Below the pieces are notes generated by a model. It had not been told where the DNA came from. It saw only the letters and a program-made list of their open reading frames with translations, and made no database searches. Shown here piece by piece: positions 19,661 to 29,607 of a stretch of 64,000 nt of DNA. The stretch's first letter is position 1. Each line of letters begins with the position of its first letter. Source of the DNA: a bacterium (lineage in GTDB: Bacteria; Electryoneota; Electryoneia; Electryoneales; Electryoneaceae); assembly GCA_963669175.1 (NCBI GenBank), contig OY769902.1, positions 32,001 through 96,000 on the forward strand, given 5' to 3'. A program made the position numbers and the translations under genes.

Positions 19661-20053
19661 ATGAGGAAAACAGTCATTCTGACAGCAGTATTATTGGCCA
19701 TGTTCCTGTTGAGCACGACAGGTTACTGCTGGGTGTGGGAAGAGATTTTCCGGGAAAACACAATCCGGTTTGCCAGGGTTGATGACCACCCGACATCCGA
19801 ACCTGACCAGGCGGCATCGAAGTTCATAAGCACGGATGATGATGTCAGCGCGGTACGTCTGGCTATTTGTGACGATCATGGTTTCCCGGTCCATTATCAT
19901 GTCGTCTTTAATCCTGTGGTAAACACGGGATATGATCTCATCACCACACAGTATGATGATCTGTATGGGTACGAAGCATCCATGACCGTAACTGGCGGAA
20001 GCTTTATGGCATTTTCGCAATATGTTAGAGCCAAGATCATCTATCCGTACTGA
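19661..20053 (+). CDS. Small secreted protein of unknown family, paralog 1 of 5
   Basis: Start at ATG 19661 after GGAGGG, by alignment with paralogs; MRKTVIL...TGYC|WVWEEIF...SKF...DDDV...VHYH...AKIIYPY. Confidence 0.9.
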   Translation: MRKTVILTAVLLAMFLLSTTGYCWVWEEIFRENTIRFARVDDHPTSEPDQAASKFISTDDDVSAVRLAICDDHGFPVHYHVVFNPVVNTGYDLITTQYDDLYGYEASMTVTGGSFMAFSQYVRAKIIYPY

Positions 20054-20122
20054 GCAGGCTAATACCACGCCATAGCTCACGAGCTATGGAGACTCGATGT
20101 TCAATTCCGGGAGGAAAGAACG

Positions 20123-20515
20123 ATGCGTAAAACAGTTATTCTGATCACTGTGATGGTTGCCATGTTCCTCGTAACCAGCACGGCATTTTGTTGGGAATGG
20201 GAAGAAGTATTCCGTGAAAATACAACCCGCAACGCCAGGGTTGCTGGTCATCCAACATCAGAACCTGACCAGGCGGCATCGAAGTTCTTGAGCACAGATG
20301 ATGATGTCGCAGCGGTGTTATTGGCAATTCGCGATCCCTTCGGTGTTCCCGTTCATTATCACCTGGTCTTCAACCCGGCCGTCAACACAGCTTATGACCA
20401 CTTCAGCACCCATTACGTTGATCTCTACGGTTATGATGCTTCCATGACAGTTGCAGGTGGCGGTTTCCAGGCGAATACGGAATACGTGAAGGCGAAAATA
20501 GTCTATCCGTACTGA
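20123..20515 (+). CDS. Small secreted protein of unknown family, paralog 2 of 5
   Basis: GGAGG RBS; MRKTVIL...TAFC|WEWEEVF...AKIVYPY. Confidence 0.9.
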   Translation: MRKTVILITVMVAMFLVTSTAFCWEWEEVFRENTTRNARVAGHPTSEPDQAASKFLSTDDDVAAVLLAIRDPFGVPVHYHLVFNPAVNTAYDHFSTHYVDLYGYDASMTVAGGGFQANTEYVKAKIVYPY

Positions 20516-20584
20516 CAACCGTGATCCCCTCCCAACGCCTGAACATTTTGGGCTTGTGATGATCACTATTAGGAGGAAAGAACG

Positions 20585-20977
20585 ATGCGTAAAACAACCA
20601 TACTGATCACAGTTATGCTTGCCATGTTTCTCTTAACCAGCAATGCCTTCTGCTGGGAGTGGGAAGAGGTTTTCCGTGTGAATGAGATCCGCTTTGCCAC
20701 AGTTGCGGGCATCCCAACCTCTATCCCCGATCAGGCAGCCTCGAAGTTTAAAAGCACTGATGATGATGTAACCGGTGTACGGCTGACGATTTGTGACGGA
20801 GGTGGATTCCCTGTCCATTACCATTCCGTAATGAATCCGGTTGTAAATACCACCTACGATCTGGTTACAACTCACGTGGCTAGCTTATACCGGTACGAAG
20901 CTTCCATGACGGTTGCCGGGGGCAACTTCACAAACCTGAGCGAGTATGTGGAAGCAAAAATCACGTATCCATACTGA
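20585..20977 (+). CDS. Small secreted protein of unknown family, paralog 3 of 5
   Basis: AGGAGG RBS; MRKTTIL...NAFC|WEWEEVF...AKITYPY. Confidence 0.9.
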   Translation: MRKTTILITVMLAMFLLTSNAFCWEWEEVFRVNEIRFATVAGIPTSIPDQAASKFKSTDDDVTGVRLTICDGGGFPVHYHSVMNPVVNTTYDLVTTHVASLYRYEASMTVAGGNFTNLSEYVEAKITYPY

Positions 20978-21047
20978 CGCAGGTATTGTCAATTCCGTGA
21001 GCATTTGATCATGGAAGTCTAAAGTTCATTTTGGGGAGAAAAGAAAA

Positions 21048-21437
21048 ATGCGTAAAACAGTCATTCTGCTAACTATCCTCCTGTCGATAGCACTGTTGAG
21101 CAACGTCGGTTTCTGCTGGGAATGGGAAGAAGTGTTTAGGGCCAACCTGGAACTATCCAGCATGGTTGGAGATCCTTCACCCGATATACCTGCTTTTGCT
21201 TTTTCGAAGTTTGAAAACACGGATGATGACGTTGACGCTGTGAAACTGGTCATTATACAGGGTGGAATGCCGGTACATTACCATATGATAGAAAATCCTG
21301 CAACCAATTTCACTTACACTCTCACCACGATCCATTTCATAGACCTGTTTGGATGCCCGGCCTATATGTCCGTATGCGGCGGTAACTTCGAGAATCCAAC
21401 AGAGTACGTTGCTGCAAAAATCGTGTATCCGTTCTAG
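21048..21437 (+). CDS. Small secreted protein of unknown family, paralog 4 of 5
   Basis: MRKTVIL...VGFC|WEWEEVF...AKIVYPF. Confidence 0.9.
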   Translation: MRKTVILLTILLSIALLSNVGFCWEWEEVFRANLELSSMVGDPSPDIPAFAFSKFENTDDDVDAVKLVIIQGGMPVHYHMIENPATNFTYTLTTIHFIDLFGCPAYMSVCGGNFENPTEYVAAKIVYPF

Positions 21438-21512
21438 TGAATCGATTCAACAGAAGACCCTGATTCTGTTTCATGGCCTTCTACCATCGTTTGTTGAAAG
21501 AGGAGTATTACC

Positions 21513-21899
21513 ATGCGTAACACAGCTATTGTCCTTGCCATCCTGCTGTCAATGTTCCTGATCAGCGGTTCGGCGTTCTGCTGGGAGTGGGAACAGGTAT
21601 TCACGGCCAATGCCGAGTTGATCGACATCATTACTGACAACGGGATTACGAATCCTGATCAGGCGCTTTCCAAGTTTGTCAATTATGATGATGACGTAAC
21701 AGATGTCAAGCTGGCGATTATCCACAATGGTATTTGTGTTCACTACCATGTTGAAGTTAATCCAGTCGTGAACACGGACTATTACATGATCACAACGCAT
21801 TTCGACGATCTCATCGGAAGCGAAGCTGTCATGGTCGTCGCGGGTGGAAATTTTCAGCCGCGTGAATATCTGGTTGCCAAGATCGTTTATCCTTTCTAA
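21513..21899 (+). CDS. Small secreted protein of unknown family, paralog 5 of 5
   Basis: GAGGAG RBS; MRNTAIV...SAFC|WEWEQVF...AKIVYPF. Confidence 0.9.
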   Translation: MRNTAIVLAILLSMFLISGSAFCWEWEQVFTANAELIDIITDNGITNPDQALSKFVNYDDDVTDVKLAIIHNGICVHYHVEVNPVVNTDYYMITTHFDDLIGSEAVMVVAGGNFQPREYLVAKIVYPF

Positions 21900-21912
21900 C
21901 GAACGAACTTTT

Positions 21913-21947
21913 GCAGAAGTCCATGATCACGCATCATGGACTTCTGC
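21913..21947 (+). terminator. Strong hairpin closing the five-gene array (terminator or mRNA stabiliser)
   Basis: Perfect 15-bp stem GCAGAAGTCCATGAT-cacgc-ATCATGGACTTCTGC followed by TGTTGTTCT. Confidence 0.7.
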
Positions 21948-22027
21948 TGTTGTTCTATCGCTCTTTCGATATGGACTTGCAGGCAGTTAACACCTGGACA
22001 ATGTCCAGGATGATTTTCGGAGTAATC

Positions 22028-23818
22028 ATGCGTATTCCGGTTCAGGTACTTGTCATCTTGCTGTCGATTTCGTTCGGAGTAAACGCCGCAGTGTTGAACA
22101 TTCCCGGCGATTACGACAAAATCCAGGATGCTGTTGACCAGGCACAGCCGCTTGATACTGTGCTCGTAGCGGACGGCATCTATCATGAACAGGTTATTGC
22201 CTGGGAGGTACCCATTACACTGGCAAGCCTGTTCCTGCTGGATGGCGACTCGAGCCATATCAGTCAAACCATCATTCATCCGGATGATTCCACCCGTTAC
22301 CAGTCAGCGCTTCGGATGGCACTTGCAGATGGTGACACGTCCCGGGTATGCGGACTGACTTTTACCGGCGGGCACCTGGACAGGATGGGGCATAATGACA
22401 GCACACGTTATGGCGGCGGGATTTATACTCATGGGGGAACAGCCTGGATCGAGCACTGTATCATCCGCGACAATGTGGCAAGGATGGGCGGCGGAATCTA
22501 TCTGGATGATGCCAATGGAATCATCACCAACTGCATTGTGGACAATAACCGTATGACAGCCGGTGGCGCAGGGATTCACATGGAGCTGTCCGAACACGCC
22601 TCCAAATCGCTTTACTCTGCTTCGATTACCCGCTCTTCGATTACTCGTAATGAACCCTACAGTATCAATGACATCAATAACAGTGGCGGTGGAATCCTCA
22701 TTACCGGTAACCGGAATGTTCACTGTGACATCATTGACAACACCATTACAGACAACAATGCGTTTGAGATGGGCGGTGGGGTACTTGTCGGGATCAATAC
22801 CGGCAACGGTACCGCTGCCAGCACGTGTACGATGACCGGAAATACAATCCATAATAACGGCGCCTGTGCATTTGGCGGTGTGGGAATTGCCGGGGATATC
22901 GTTGAGCTGAGTTTCCTGAACAACAACGTAACGCAGAACCTGGCAGCGCGTGAATGGGGGTCCGGGATTGGCCTGCTGAATAGCCCGGAAAATCCATCGT
23001 ACGAGATCGCTGGGAACCATTTCGTTGAGAACAAAGGGACTATCGGCGGAGCTGTCCTTTCTTTCGCCAACGCCCGTATCCATGACAATATCTTCATGAA
23101 CAACCAGGGACGTACTATCTCAGCAATTATTTTCTGGACCAACCCGGCGGATACTGGCAAAGTTCTTTATGTTGAACGGAATATTTTCTACGGTCAGCAA
23201 TTCGACACCGAACAACCGGACAAGTATATTGCCGCAGTTTCGCCAGCATCCGACAATATCTATTTACACCTGCACCAGAACGATTTCATCAACAATCAGT
23301 CTTACGCTTCGGGATTACATACCATTGCGCACCAGCGTCACCCCGGTGTTCTTTACGCAGAAAACAATTACTGGGGGCATGCAAGCGGTCCGTATCATCC
23401 TGAGGAAAATCCCGAAGGCCTGGGCGACACGGTACGTTCCAATATCAGCATACTTCCTTTCCTCACGGAACCGGCTACAGCCCCGCACTCAATCAAACCT
23501 ATATTCCCGGAAAACAATGCCGCGATTTCTCCTGAGAAGAATACCTTTTCCTGGACTGCGGCGATTGATCTTACAACCATGACACCGCTTACCTACACGC
23601 TGGAGCTGTCCGAAGAACCCGGTTTTTCGAATACCCGGACAATCCCGGCCGGACAGGATACAAGCGTTGTAGTGGAACAGGTTGATCCTGATCGAAAATA
23701 CTACTGGCGCGTTTATGCGGAGGACTCCTTCGGCCTGCGTGGATATTCGAAGACAGCCACCTTTGTCACCAGTAGCAGCATTGCCAATACGAGAAGCGCG
23801 ACCAGTACACATCAATGA
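22028..23818 (+). CDS. Secreted right-handed parallel beta-helix repeat protein with C-terminal Fn3-like domain
   Basis: ATG 22028 after GGAG; NIPGDYDKIQDAVD...DTVLVADGIY; many GGGI repeats; AENNYWGHASGPYHP; YYWRVYAED. Confidence 0.82.
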   Translation: MRIPVQVLVILLSISFGVNAAVLNIPGDYDKIQDAVDQAQPLDTVLVADGIYHEQVIAWEVPITLASLFLLDGDSSHISQTIIHPDDSTRYQSALRMALADGDTSRVCGLTFTGGHLDRMGHNDSTRYGGGIYTHGGTAWIEHCIIRDNVARMGGGIYLDDANGIITNCIVDNNRMTAGGAGIHMELSEHASKSLYSASITRSSITRNEPYSINDINNSGGGILITGNRNVHCDIIDNTITDNNAFEMGGGVLVGINTGNGTAASTCTMTGNTIHNNGACAFGGVGIAGDIVELSFLNNNVTQNLAAREWGSGIGLLNSPENPSYEIAGNHFVENKGTIGGAVLSFANARIHDNIFMNNQGRTISAIIFWTNPADTGKVLYVERNIFYGQQFDTEQPDKYIAAVSPASDNIYLHLHQNDFINNQSYASGLHTIAHQRHPGVLYAENNYWGHASGPYHPEENPEGLGDTVRSNISILPFLTEPATAPHSIKPIFPENNAAISPEKNTFSWTAAIDLTTMTPLTYTLELSEEPGFSNTRTIPAGQDTSVVVEQVDPDRKYYWRVYAEDSFGLRGYSKTATFVTSSSIANTRSATSTHQ

Positions 23819-24001
23819 GGAATTAATTCGAATTGCTTGTATAATCTGAATATTCAGCAGAATGTATTTATTGAAGTATTAGATGATTACATAGCCAGGC
23901 AATGACTTGTCAGCAATTCGAGAACTACGGTAGTGGTTTCCCGATAACCCCACCGTCCAGCGTCGCCTGTTTGGCGCTCATGGCGAGTCAACGGCTGCCT
24001 T

Positions 24002-25852
24002 TTACCGCACCAACAGCAGGCGTTTTGTCAATGTCTGCACCTCTGTCTGCATCCTCACAAAATACACTCCGGACGGCAGACTATCCGCATTCCAGGCAAA
24101 TTGGCGATAGCCAGCTTGCAGTTTGCCATTGTGCAGGGTTGCCACGTGCTGTCCCAACACATTAATAACATCGAGTTCAACCACGGCCGTACGTTCCAGA
24201 TCGACCTGTACAATCGTCTGGCCATTGAACGGGTTCGGATATGAGGACAGAATCGCGAAGTCGCGCGGGACGTTCCTGCCGGATGTCCTTTCCGGAGCAT
24301 CCACAGTTCCGATAAACTGCCATCTGTCGATGACACCATCATTATCCAGATCTTCACCCGGATCAAGCAGACCGTTTCCGTTGACATCTTCCCCGTTATA
24401 GGCGACCTGCGCCCATTCGGAGTTGGTATAGAGATTCGCCCGACGCGCCTCGGAATCCGCCCCATCTCCCTGCCAACGTCCCCCAACAACCGCGAAGGCT
24501 ACATGCAGACGTTGCCCGGGAAGCAGATTCGGGTAGGGACCGTGACTGGTCAATAAAATCCAGCTCTGCTGATGATCCATGTCTGTCGGGATGTTCTCGT
24601 AATCCGGATGTCGCGTCATATGCACATAGCGTTGCTCTTCTGTGACGAGCATGGGCCAATCCTGGGGGAACATTGATCCCAGCCATACCCAGGGATGGAA
24701 ATAGGTGGCTGTTGTATCCTGGGAAGGTTCAGCGCCAAGCATGCGAACCCCCAGGTAACTCTGGGACCAGCCTGCATCGCCATCATAGTCGTACCCGATA
24801 CCCATGTTATAATCCTGGGCAAATCCCGGCATATTGTCATACCAGCTCCAGCGCCCTCCCGGACCGCCGTCATCATCATAGATATTCGTGTAGTTCATGT
24901 TCCCGATGGATGCATCTGTCCACACGCCAAACCTGGGTTGCTGAATCACATTCCCCAGCCATACGGTATCGCCAACATCGTATTCCAGCACATCCCTCGT
25001 CTCATATTCATAATAACCATACTCTTCAGCGATGAAATAATCATCCGGAATGTTGGTGATGGTATAATACAGAATGACAAAATCATCCCCGTACTCGAAG
25101 TTCCATGCATAGGCTTCCTGCACGACATGCACTCCCAGCGGCTGATGATCCGGGATATGGTATTGCTCGCCGGGAATAGTGGTGTTCGTATCGGTGTAGG
25201 CGCAGATCAGATCCTGGTGACTGACAGCGTCCGGGTGATGAAGCAGTGCGTAGTTCCGGTACGGACTGCTTGCCGACGTATCAGTCAGAATGGAACGGGT
25301 AACGATGGTATCCCAATCGGTTGTGCCGAAGCTGATAATACCGTCTTGAATGGGCGCTTCGAGAACGTCGTTAAACACGACCACACTGTCAGACGCCACT
25401 CGTGACAGGTCGAACCGTTTGTCCGCCTTGGCCAGGTGCTGAAAGATCGGGTTCCACTCGATTTGATTCGTACGAGCGACAGTGAACTCCATCCCGCCGT
25501 CATCATAATGAAAGACACCGTCATAGATCGCGGTGGACACCAGGCGTTCACCATCTTTCTGCCCACCGATCCAGATCCCGGCATAAGACAGGTGCTCTAC
25601 CTGGAAACGGGTGCTGTCTGTACGAAGCTGGTACCAGCAGGAGGGCTGCCCTTCTGTGTTAAATCCCTGCCCCAGTATCCCGATGTTGGTCACGGTCAGG
25701 CCGAGATTGCCCACGCTGGTGTAATGCAGGTAATCTTCGTCCAGGGTGGCGCGTTGCGGATGGTTTGTCCGTGGTGAGGCCGCAAGCGTGATTGAAACCA
25801 TAATCAGAAGCGAAAAGCTGTAAAGCAAATACTTCTTCAGCGTAACAGTCAT
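24002..25852 (-). CDS. Secreted hypothetical protein with T9SS-type C-terminal domain
   Basis: Signal peptide; VGNLGLTVTNIG; Ca-binding-like EDVNGNGLLDPGEDLDNDGVID; SYPNPFN...LPSGVYFVRM. Confidence 0.82.
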   Translation of the reverse strand: MTVTLKKYLLYSFSLLIMVSITLAASPRTNHPQRATLDEDYLHYTSVGNLGLTVTNIGILGQGFNTEGQPSCWYQLRTDSTRFQVEHLSYAGIWIGGQKDGERLVSTAIYDGVFHYDDGGMEFTVARTNQIEWNPIFQHLAKADKRFDLSRVASDSVVVFNDVLEAPIQDGIISFGTTDWDTIVTRSILTDTSASSPYRNYALLHHPDAVSHQDLICAYTDTNTTIPGEQYHIPDHQPLGVHVVQEAYAWNFEYGDDFVILYYTITNIPDDYFIAEEYGYYEYETRDVLEYDVGDTVWLGNVIQQPRFGVWTDASIGNMNYTNIYDDDGGPGGRWSWYDNMPGFAQDYNMGIGYDYDGDAGWSQSYLGVRMLGAEPSQDTTATYFHPWVWLGSMFPQDWPMLVTEEQRYVHMTRHPDYENIPTDMDHQQSWILLTSHGPYPNLLPGQRLHVAFAVVGGRWQGDGADSEARRANLYTNSEWAQVAYNGEDVNGNGLLDPGEDLDNDGVIDRWQFIGTVDAPERTSGRNVPRDFAILSSYPNPFNGQTIVQVDLERTAVVELDVINVLGQHVATLHNGKLQAGYRQFAWNADSLPSGVYFVRMQTEVQTLTKRLLLVR

Positions 25853-26024
25853 ATCCCTCTCCGAAGTAGACAGAGTCTTATTGTTAAGCTATTCAGGATA
25901 AGATTCATAGATCAAGTGAATCTTGCAAGTTAATGCAAATACTTCCACCATCGAGAGCAAAAACATGTTTTGCCCAACCCGATCCCCAGGGGATCACACA
26001 ACAAGACACTATACTAATTCGACT

Positions 26025-26153
26025 GAAAATCGGGACTGCTACTCTATTTCGCCAGCAAGAGTGCTGACGCCTGTTATCGGGGTTCGCGAAAAAACCGTGA
26101 TCATTCATTCCCAGAATAGAGATAGCGAAATAGGTAGCTGTCCCAGGATTTTC
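26025..26153. repeat. Inverted REP-like doublet (129 bp), GGGAC family; sister at 53656-53785
   Basis: GAAAATCGGGACTGCTAC...AGGTAGCTGTCCCAGGATTTTC. Confidence 0.8.
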
Positions 26154-26202
26154 GACTTTGATACAAAATATTGCTATTCTCGTTTTATTGCCGTCATATT
26201 AT

Positions 26203-26294
26203 AAAAACACCCGGGATTCACAATGAATCCCGGGCGAGTGAGGTATGCAGAAACGAAAAACGGGACAGACCACTTTGGGTCAGTCCCTGTTTTT
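26203..26294 (-). terminator. Two hairpins downstream of the M16 operon (terminator candidates)
   Basis: CCCGGGATTCA-caa-TGAATCCCGGG and AAAAACGGGAC..GTCCCTGTTTTT. Confidence 0.6.
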
Positions 26295-26304
26295 CGTTGG
26301 CAAC

Positions 26305-27771
26305 TCAGAAGGTCTCGTATTCGTCCATGGAAATACGCTGCACTTCACCGAACTTTTCTACCTGCGGAATGATATCATCAGCAACACCAACCAGCACGAT
26401 CCGGATGTTTTCCGGTTGCAGGTACTTGACTGCTGCCGCATTCACTTCATCCAGGGTCACACTGCCGTAATTCTTACGGAAGTTGGCGATGTAATCTTCC
26501 GGGACGCCCAGTTCATAAAGGATGGTAGTGATGAACTTACCGCCAACCTGTGCCGGTGTTTCAAAGCCCATGACATAGGTGCCGATGATGTACGCCTTGG
26601 CATCGGTCAGCTCATCATTGTTGAAACCTTCTGCACGGACATTATTCATCACACCAAGCATCTCTTCTACCATGAGGCCGGTGTTTTCCGTGCCGGTATA
26701 GGTATCCATGGTATAAGCGCCTTTTTGGCGACGGTAATCGAGCCCGGAATACGCACCATAGGTGAGGCCCAGCTCGTTACGTACCCTCAGCATCAGGTGA
26801 CTGGAGAAGCCGCCGCCGCCGAACAGGTAATTCATCAAGTTGAAAGCGTAGTAGTTCTCATGGTTCATGTTCTTCGGAGCAAGAATATATCCCATGCGAA
26901 TCTGGGTCTGGACTGCGTCCGGCTTGTCAACGACCAGGATCTTGCCGCCCGGCTTTTCCGTCGGATCAGGATGCGCCACTGCCGGAAGGTCATTACCTTT
27001 CCAATCACCGAAATACTTGTTGATAAGTTTATGTGCTTTCTTCGGCTCAATGTCACCGGACACCACCATCACAGCGCCCTTGGGGGTCAACAGCACATTT
27101 TGCAGGTCCACCAGGTCCTGACGTGTAAAACTCTGTACGCTCTCCATGGTTCCGTTCTGGGGAAGACCATAGGGGTGATCCGCGCCGTAGACAAAACGTG
27201 TCCAGACTTTATCCGCGATAGCGCTGGGCTCATCTTTTTCCATCATCAGTCCGCTCATCCACTGCTGACGGGCACGTTCGATTTCTGCTTCCGGGAATGT
27301 GGGATTCATAATCACATCGGCCATGATTTCAAGACCGGTTTCCAGGTCGCGCGTCAACACATCCATGCCCACATTACAGGCATTGTATCCGGAGGAGACG
27401 GACAGGGAACCGCCAATGAAGTCCATTGTGGCCGCAATGTCCTGAGCAGAACGGGTTTCAGTCCCCTGGTCCAGCAGACCGGACATAAAATCAACCAGAC
27501 CGGCCTTGTCCAGCGGACAGTACAGTCCAGCGCCCGGCATGTTTATCTGCACAGAGGCAACCGGCAATTCATGGCTCGGGATGTAATAGACCGTCATGCC
27601 GTTCTTCAGGGACTTCTTTGTAATGTCCGGCAAGGGCATCGGAGACATGTCGATGTGTTGTTTCGCATCGTATGCAGGCACCAGGTCCACATCGCCTTCT
27701 GCCATCGCCCAACCAAATCCACTCAGCAGAATGCCAAGTGAAAGCAGCGCAAGCATGGTCATCCGTTTCAT
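26305..27771 (-). CDS. M16 (pitrilysin) family peptidase, non-catalytic subunit, secreted
   Basis: LKNGMTV, GTETRSA, LFGGGGFSSHLMLRVRNELGLTYG; no HxxEH. Confidence 0.9.
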   Translation of the reverse strand: MKRMTMLALLSLGILLSGFGWAMAEGDVDLVPAYDAKQHIDMSPMPLPDITKKSLKNGMTVYYIPSHELPVASVQINMPGAGLYCPLDKAGLVDFMSGLLDQGTETRSAQDIAATMDFIGGSLSVSSGYNACNVGMDVLTRDLETGLEIMADVIMNPTFPEAEIERARQQWMSGLMMEKDEPSAIADKVWTRFVYGADHPYGLPQNGTMESVQSFTRQDLVDLQNVLLTPKGAVMVVSGDIEPKKAHKLINKYFGDWKGNDLPAVAHPDPTEKPGGKILVVDKPDAVQTQIRMGYILAPKNMNHENYYAFNLMNYLFGGGGFSSHLMLRVRNELGLTYGAYSGLDYRRQKGAYTMDTYTGTENTGLMVEEMLGVMNNVRAEGFNNDELTDAKAYIIGTYVMGFETPAQVGGKFITTILYELGVPEDYIANFRKNYGSVTLDEVNAAAVKYLQPENIRIVLVGVADDIIPQVEKFGEVQRISMDEYETF

Positions 27772-29162
27772 TCTTCACCTCCTGTCATGCTTACATCTAC
27801 CGGTTTCGCTTCGTTGTCCGGTACGACGATGACTACAGTACGATTCAGCGGGGAGAGGTACGTCGCCACGACACGCTGCACATCTTCCGGGGTCACTTCC
27901 GCGTAATCCTTCAACCGTTCGGTGAAGGCGCGCCAGTCGCCATTGTTGGTAACTACTGTCTCACCAATCTGGCTGGCTTTACCACTGACAGTCATCAGGC
28001 TGAACACAAAATCAGCTTCAAGCTGGTTGCGGGCTTTCTGCATTTCAAATTCCGTCGGGCCATTCGCGGCAAGGGAATCGATCACGCCAAAAAGGGAGGC
28101 TTCCGCTTCCTCAATATCACGACCGGGAATTACCCCGATATAGGTGATGAACAGGCCGGGATCCTTCAGAGCAATCATCTGGCCACCGGCGAAAGGCGCT
28201 ACCTGCTGTTCGTAAACACAGGTCTTGTACAGACGTGAAGACTGGCCATCCGCGAGGATCTTCTGCGCGATTTCCAGCGCTGCCATATCTCTATGGGTTG
28301 ACGCCGGAATATGGTAAGAAGCCAGCAGAATCGGCAGTTGAGCCGGACGATGCAGATAGATACGACGTTCGCCCTGCTGCGGCGGTTCCTGGGTGATGAC
28401 TTGCGGCGGCTGGGGCTGGGCTTCCAAATTGCCGTAATACTTCTCGATCAGCTTGATCGCCTTGTCGGAATCAAAATCACCTGCCAGCACGATGGTCGCG
28501 TTGTTCGGCGCATAAAACGTCCGGTAGAACTTGCCCATCCGTTCAAGGTCATACGCCTTCAGGTCGCTCATCCAGCCGATGATCGGCCAGCTATACGGAT
28601 GCGCCATGTAGGAGTTGCTGATCAACTGTTCGAAAGCGCTGCCGAACAGATCGTTGTCAACGCGTACCAGGCGTTCTTCTTCGACAACCGTGTGTTCCGG
28701 TTCAAAGGTCTCCGGGGTAAGTTCGAGATTGACCGAACGCTCCGCTTCAAGATGCACCACCAGCTCGAGCTGATCGGAAGGAATGTTTTCGAAGAACTGG
28801 GTACGATCCCAGGATGTGTTGGCGTTGCAGTAACCGCCATGACGCTTCACCATGTTGTTGTGCTCTTCCGGACCGTACTTCTTTGAGCCACGGAACATCA
28901 TGTGTTCAAACATGTGCGCCATACCGGTCATGCCGGCGTGCTCATCACGGCTGCCAACATGATAGAAAACCTTGTAGCTGACAATCGGTGTGCTGTGATC
29001 TTCCAGCATCAATACTCGCAGCCCGTTGTCCAGGGTATGCTCCTTGACATCGAGCAATTCCGGATTCAATTGAATAGGTTCGGGCGCTTCCGGGGTGTCA
29101 CCCGCCCAACAGACTACCGCCATCAGCAGCAGGACTGCCACGATAAACGAGTTTCTCGCCAT
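27768..29162 (-). CDS. M16 (pitrilysin) family zinc peptidase, catalytic subunit, secreted
   Basis: TGMAHMFEHMMFRGS (HxxEH), NANTSWDRT, VVEEER; probable start 29162 after GGAGG. Confidence 0.93.
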   Translation of the reverse strand: MARNSFIVAVLLLMAVVCWAGDTPEAPEPIQLNPELLDVKEHTLDNGLRVLMLEDHSTPIVSYKVFYHVGSRDEHAGMTGMAHMFEHMMFRGSKKYGPEEHNNMVKRHGGYCNANTSWDRTQFFENIPSDQLELVVHLEAERSVNLELTPETFEPEHTVVEEERLVRVDNDLFGSAFEQLISNSYMAHPYSWPIIGWMSDLKAYDLERMGKFYRTFYAPNNATIVLAGDFDSDKAIKLIEKYYGNLEAQPQPPQVITQEPPQQGERRIYLHRPAQLPILLASYHIPASTHRDMAALEIAQKILADGQSSRLYKTCVYEQQVAPFAGGQMIALKDPGLFITYIGVIPGRDIEEAEASLFGVIDSLAANGPTEFEMQKARNQLEADFVFSLMTVSGKASQIGETVVTNNGDWRAFTERLKDYAEVTPEDVQRVVATYLSPLNRTVVIVVPDNEAKPVDVSMTGGEE

Positions 29163-29607
29163 CTCTCTGTTCTCCTCCTTCGTCACAAAGACGATTCCGT
29201 TGTTTATCTATAGCTCACATCACTTTCTCTTGAAACATGAAAATATCCCAGTAACCACAGGCTCTCAAGAGCGCAGGCACACTTGTTTCACTTTACTGGA
29301 ATTGGTATGACGTACGAGTATTGAAACACTACTCGAAAAGTAGACGGGGAATTGCTGCAAATCCCGACCACACGGGCAGTGTACGGTCAAGACATTGGAA
29401 AATCTGGAATTTGGAATTTCACTCCACCACGCGCTGTGGAAACTACGATTCTCGGCTGGAACCAGCATTGCAAGTTGGGGTCCAGTTTATGGTTAACACT
29501 ACCTGACTTGAGAATAACGAACCGGGACTGATCCACCACGATCTGTCCCGGTTTCGTATCTAACCCTATGCACAAATCTTACAACAATTTAGATAATGCT
29601 GTCAGCC

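Noticed and set aside
19661-21899. Five paralogs as lipoproteins, RiPP precursors, integron cassettes or DGR targets
   Set aside because: (A/G)-(F/Y)-C does not fit a lipobox and looks like an SPase I site. No modification enzymes, attC sites, reverse transcriptase or adenine-specific TR/VR pair are visible.
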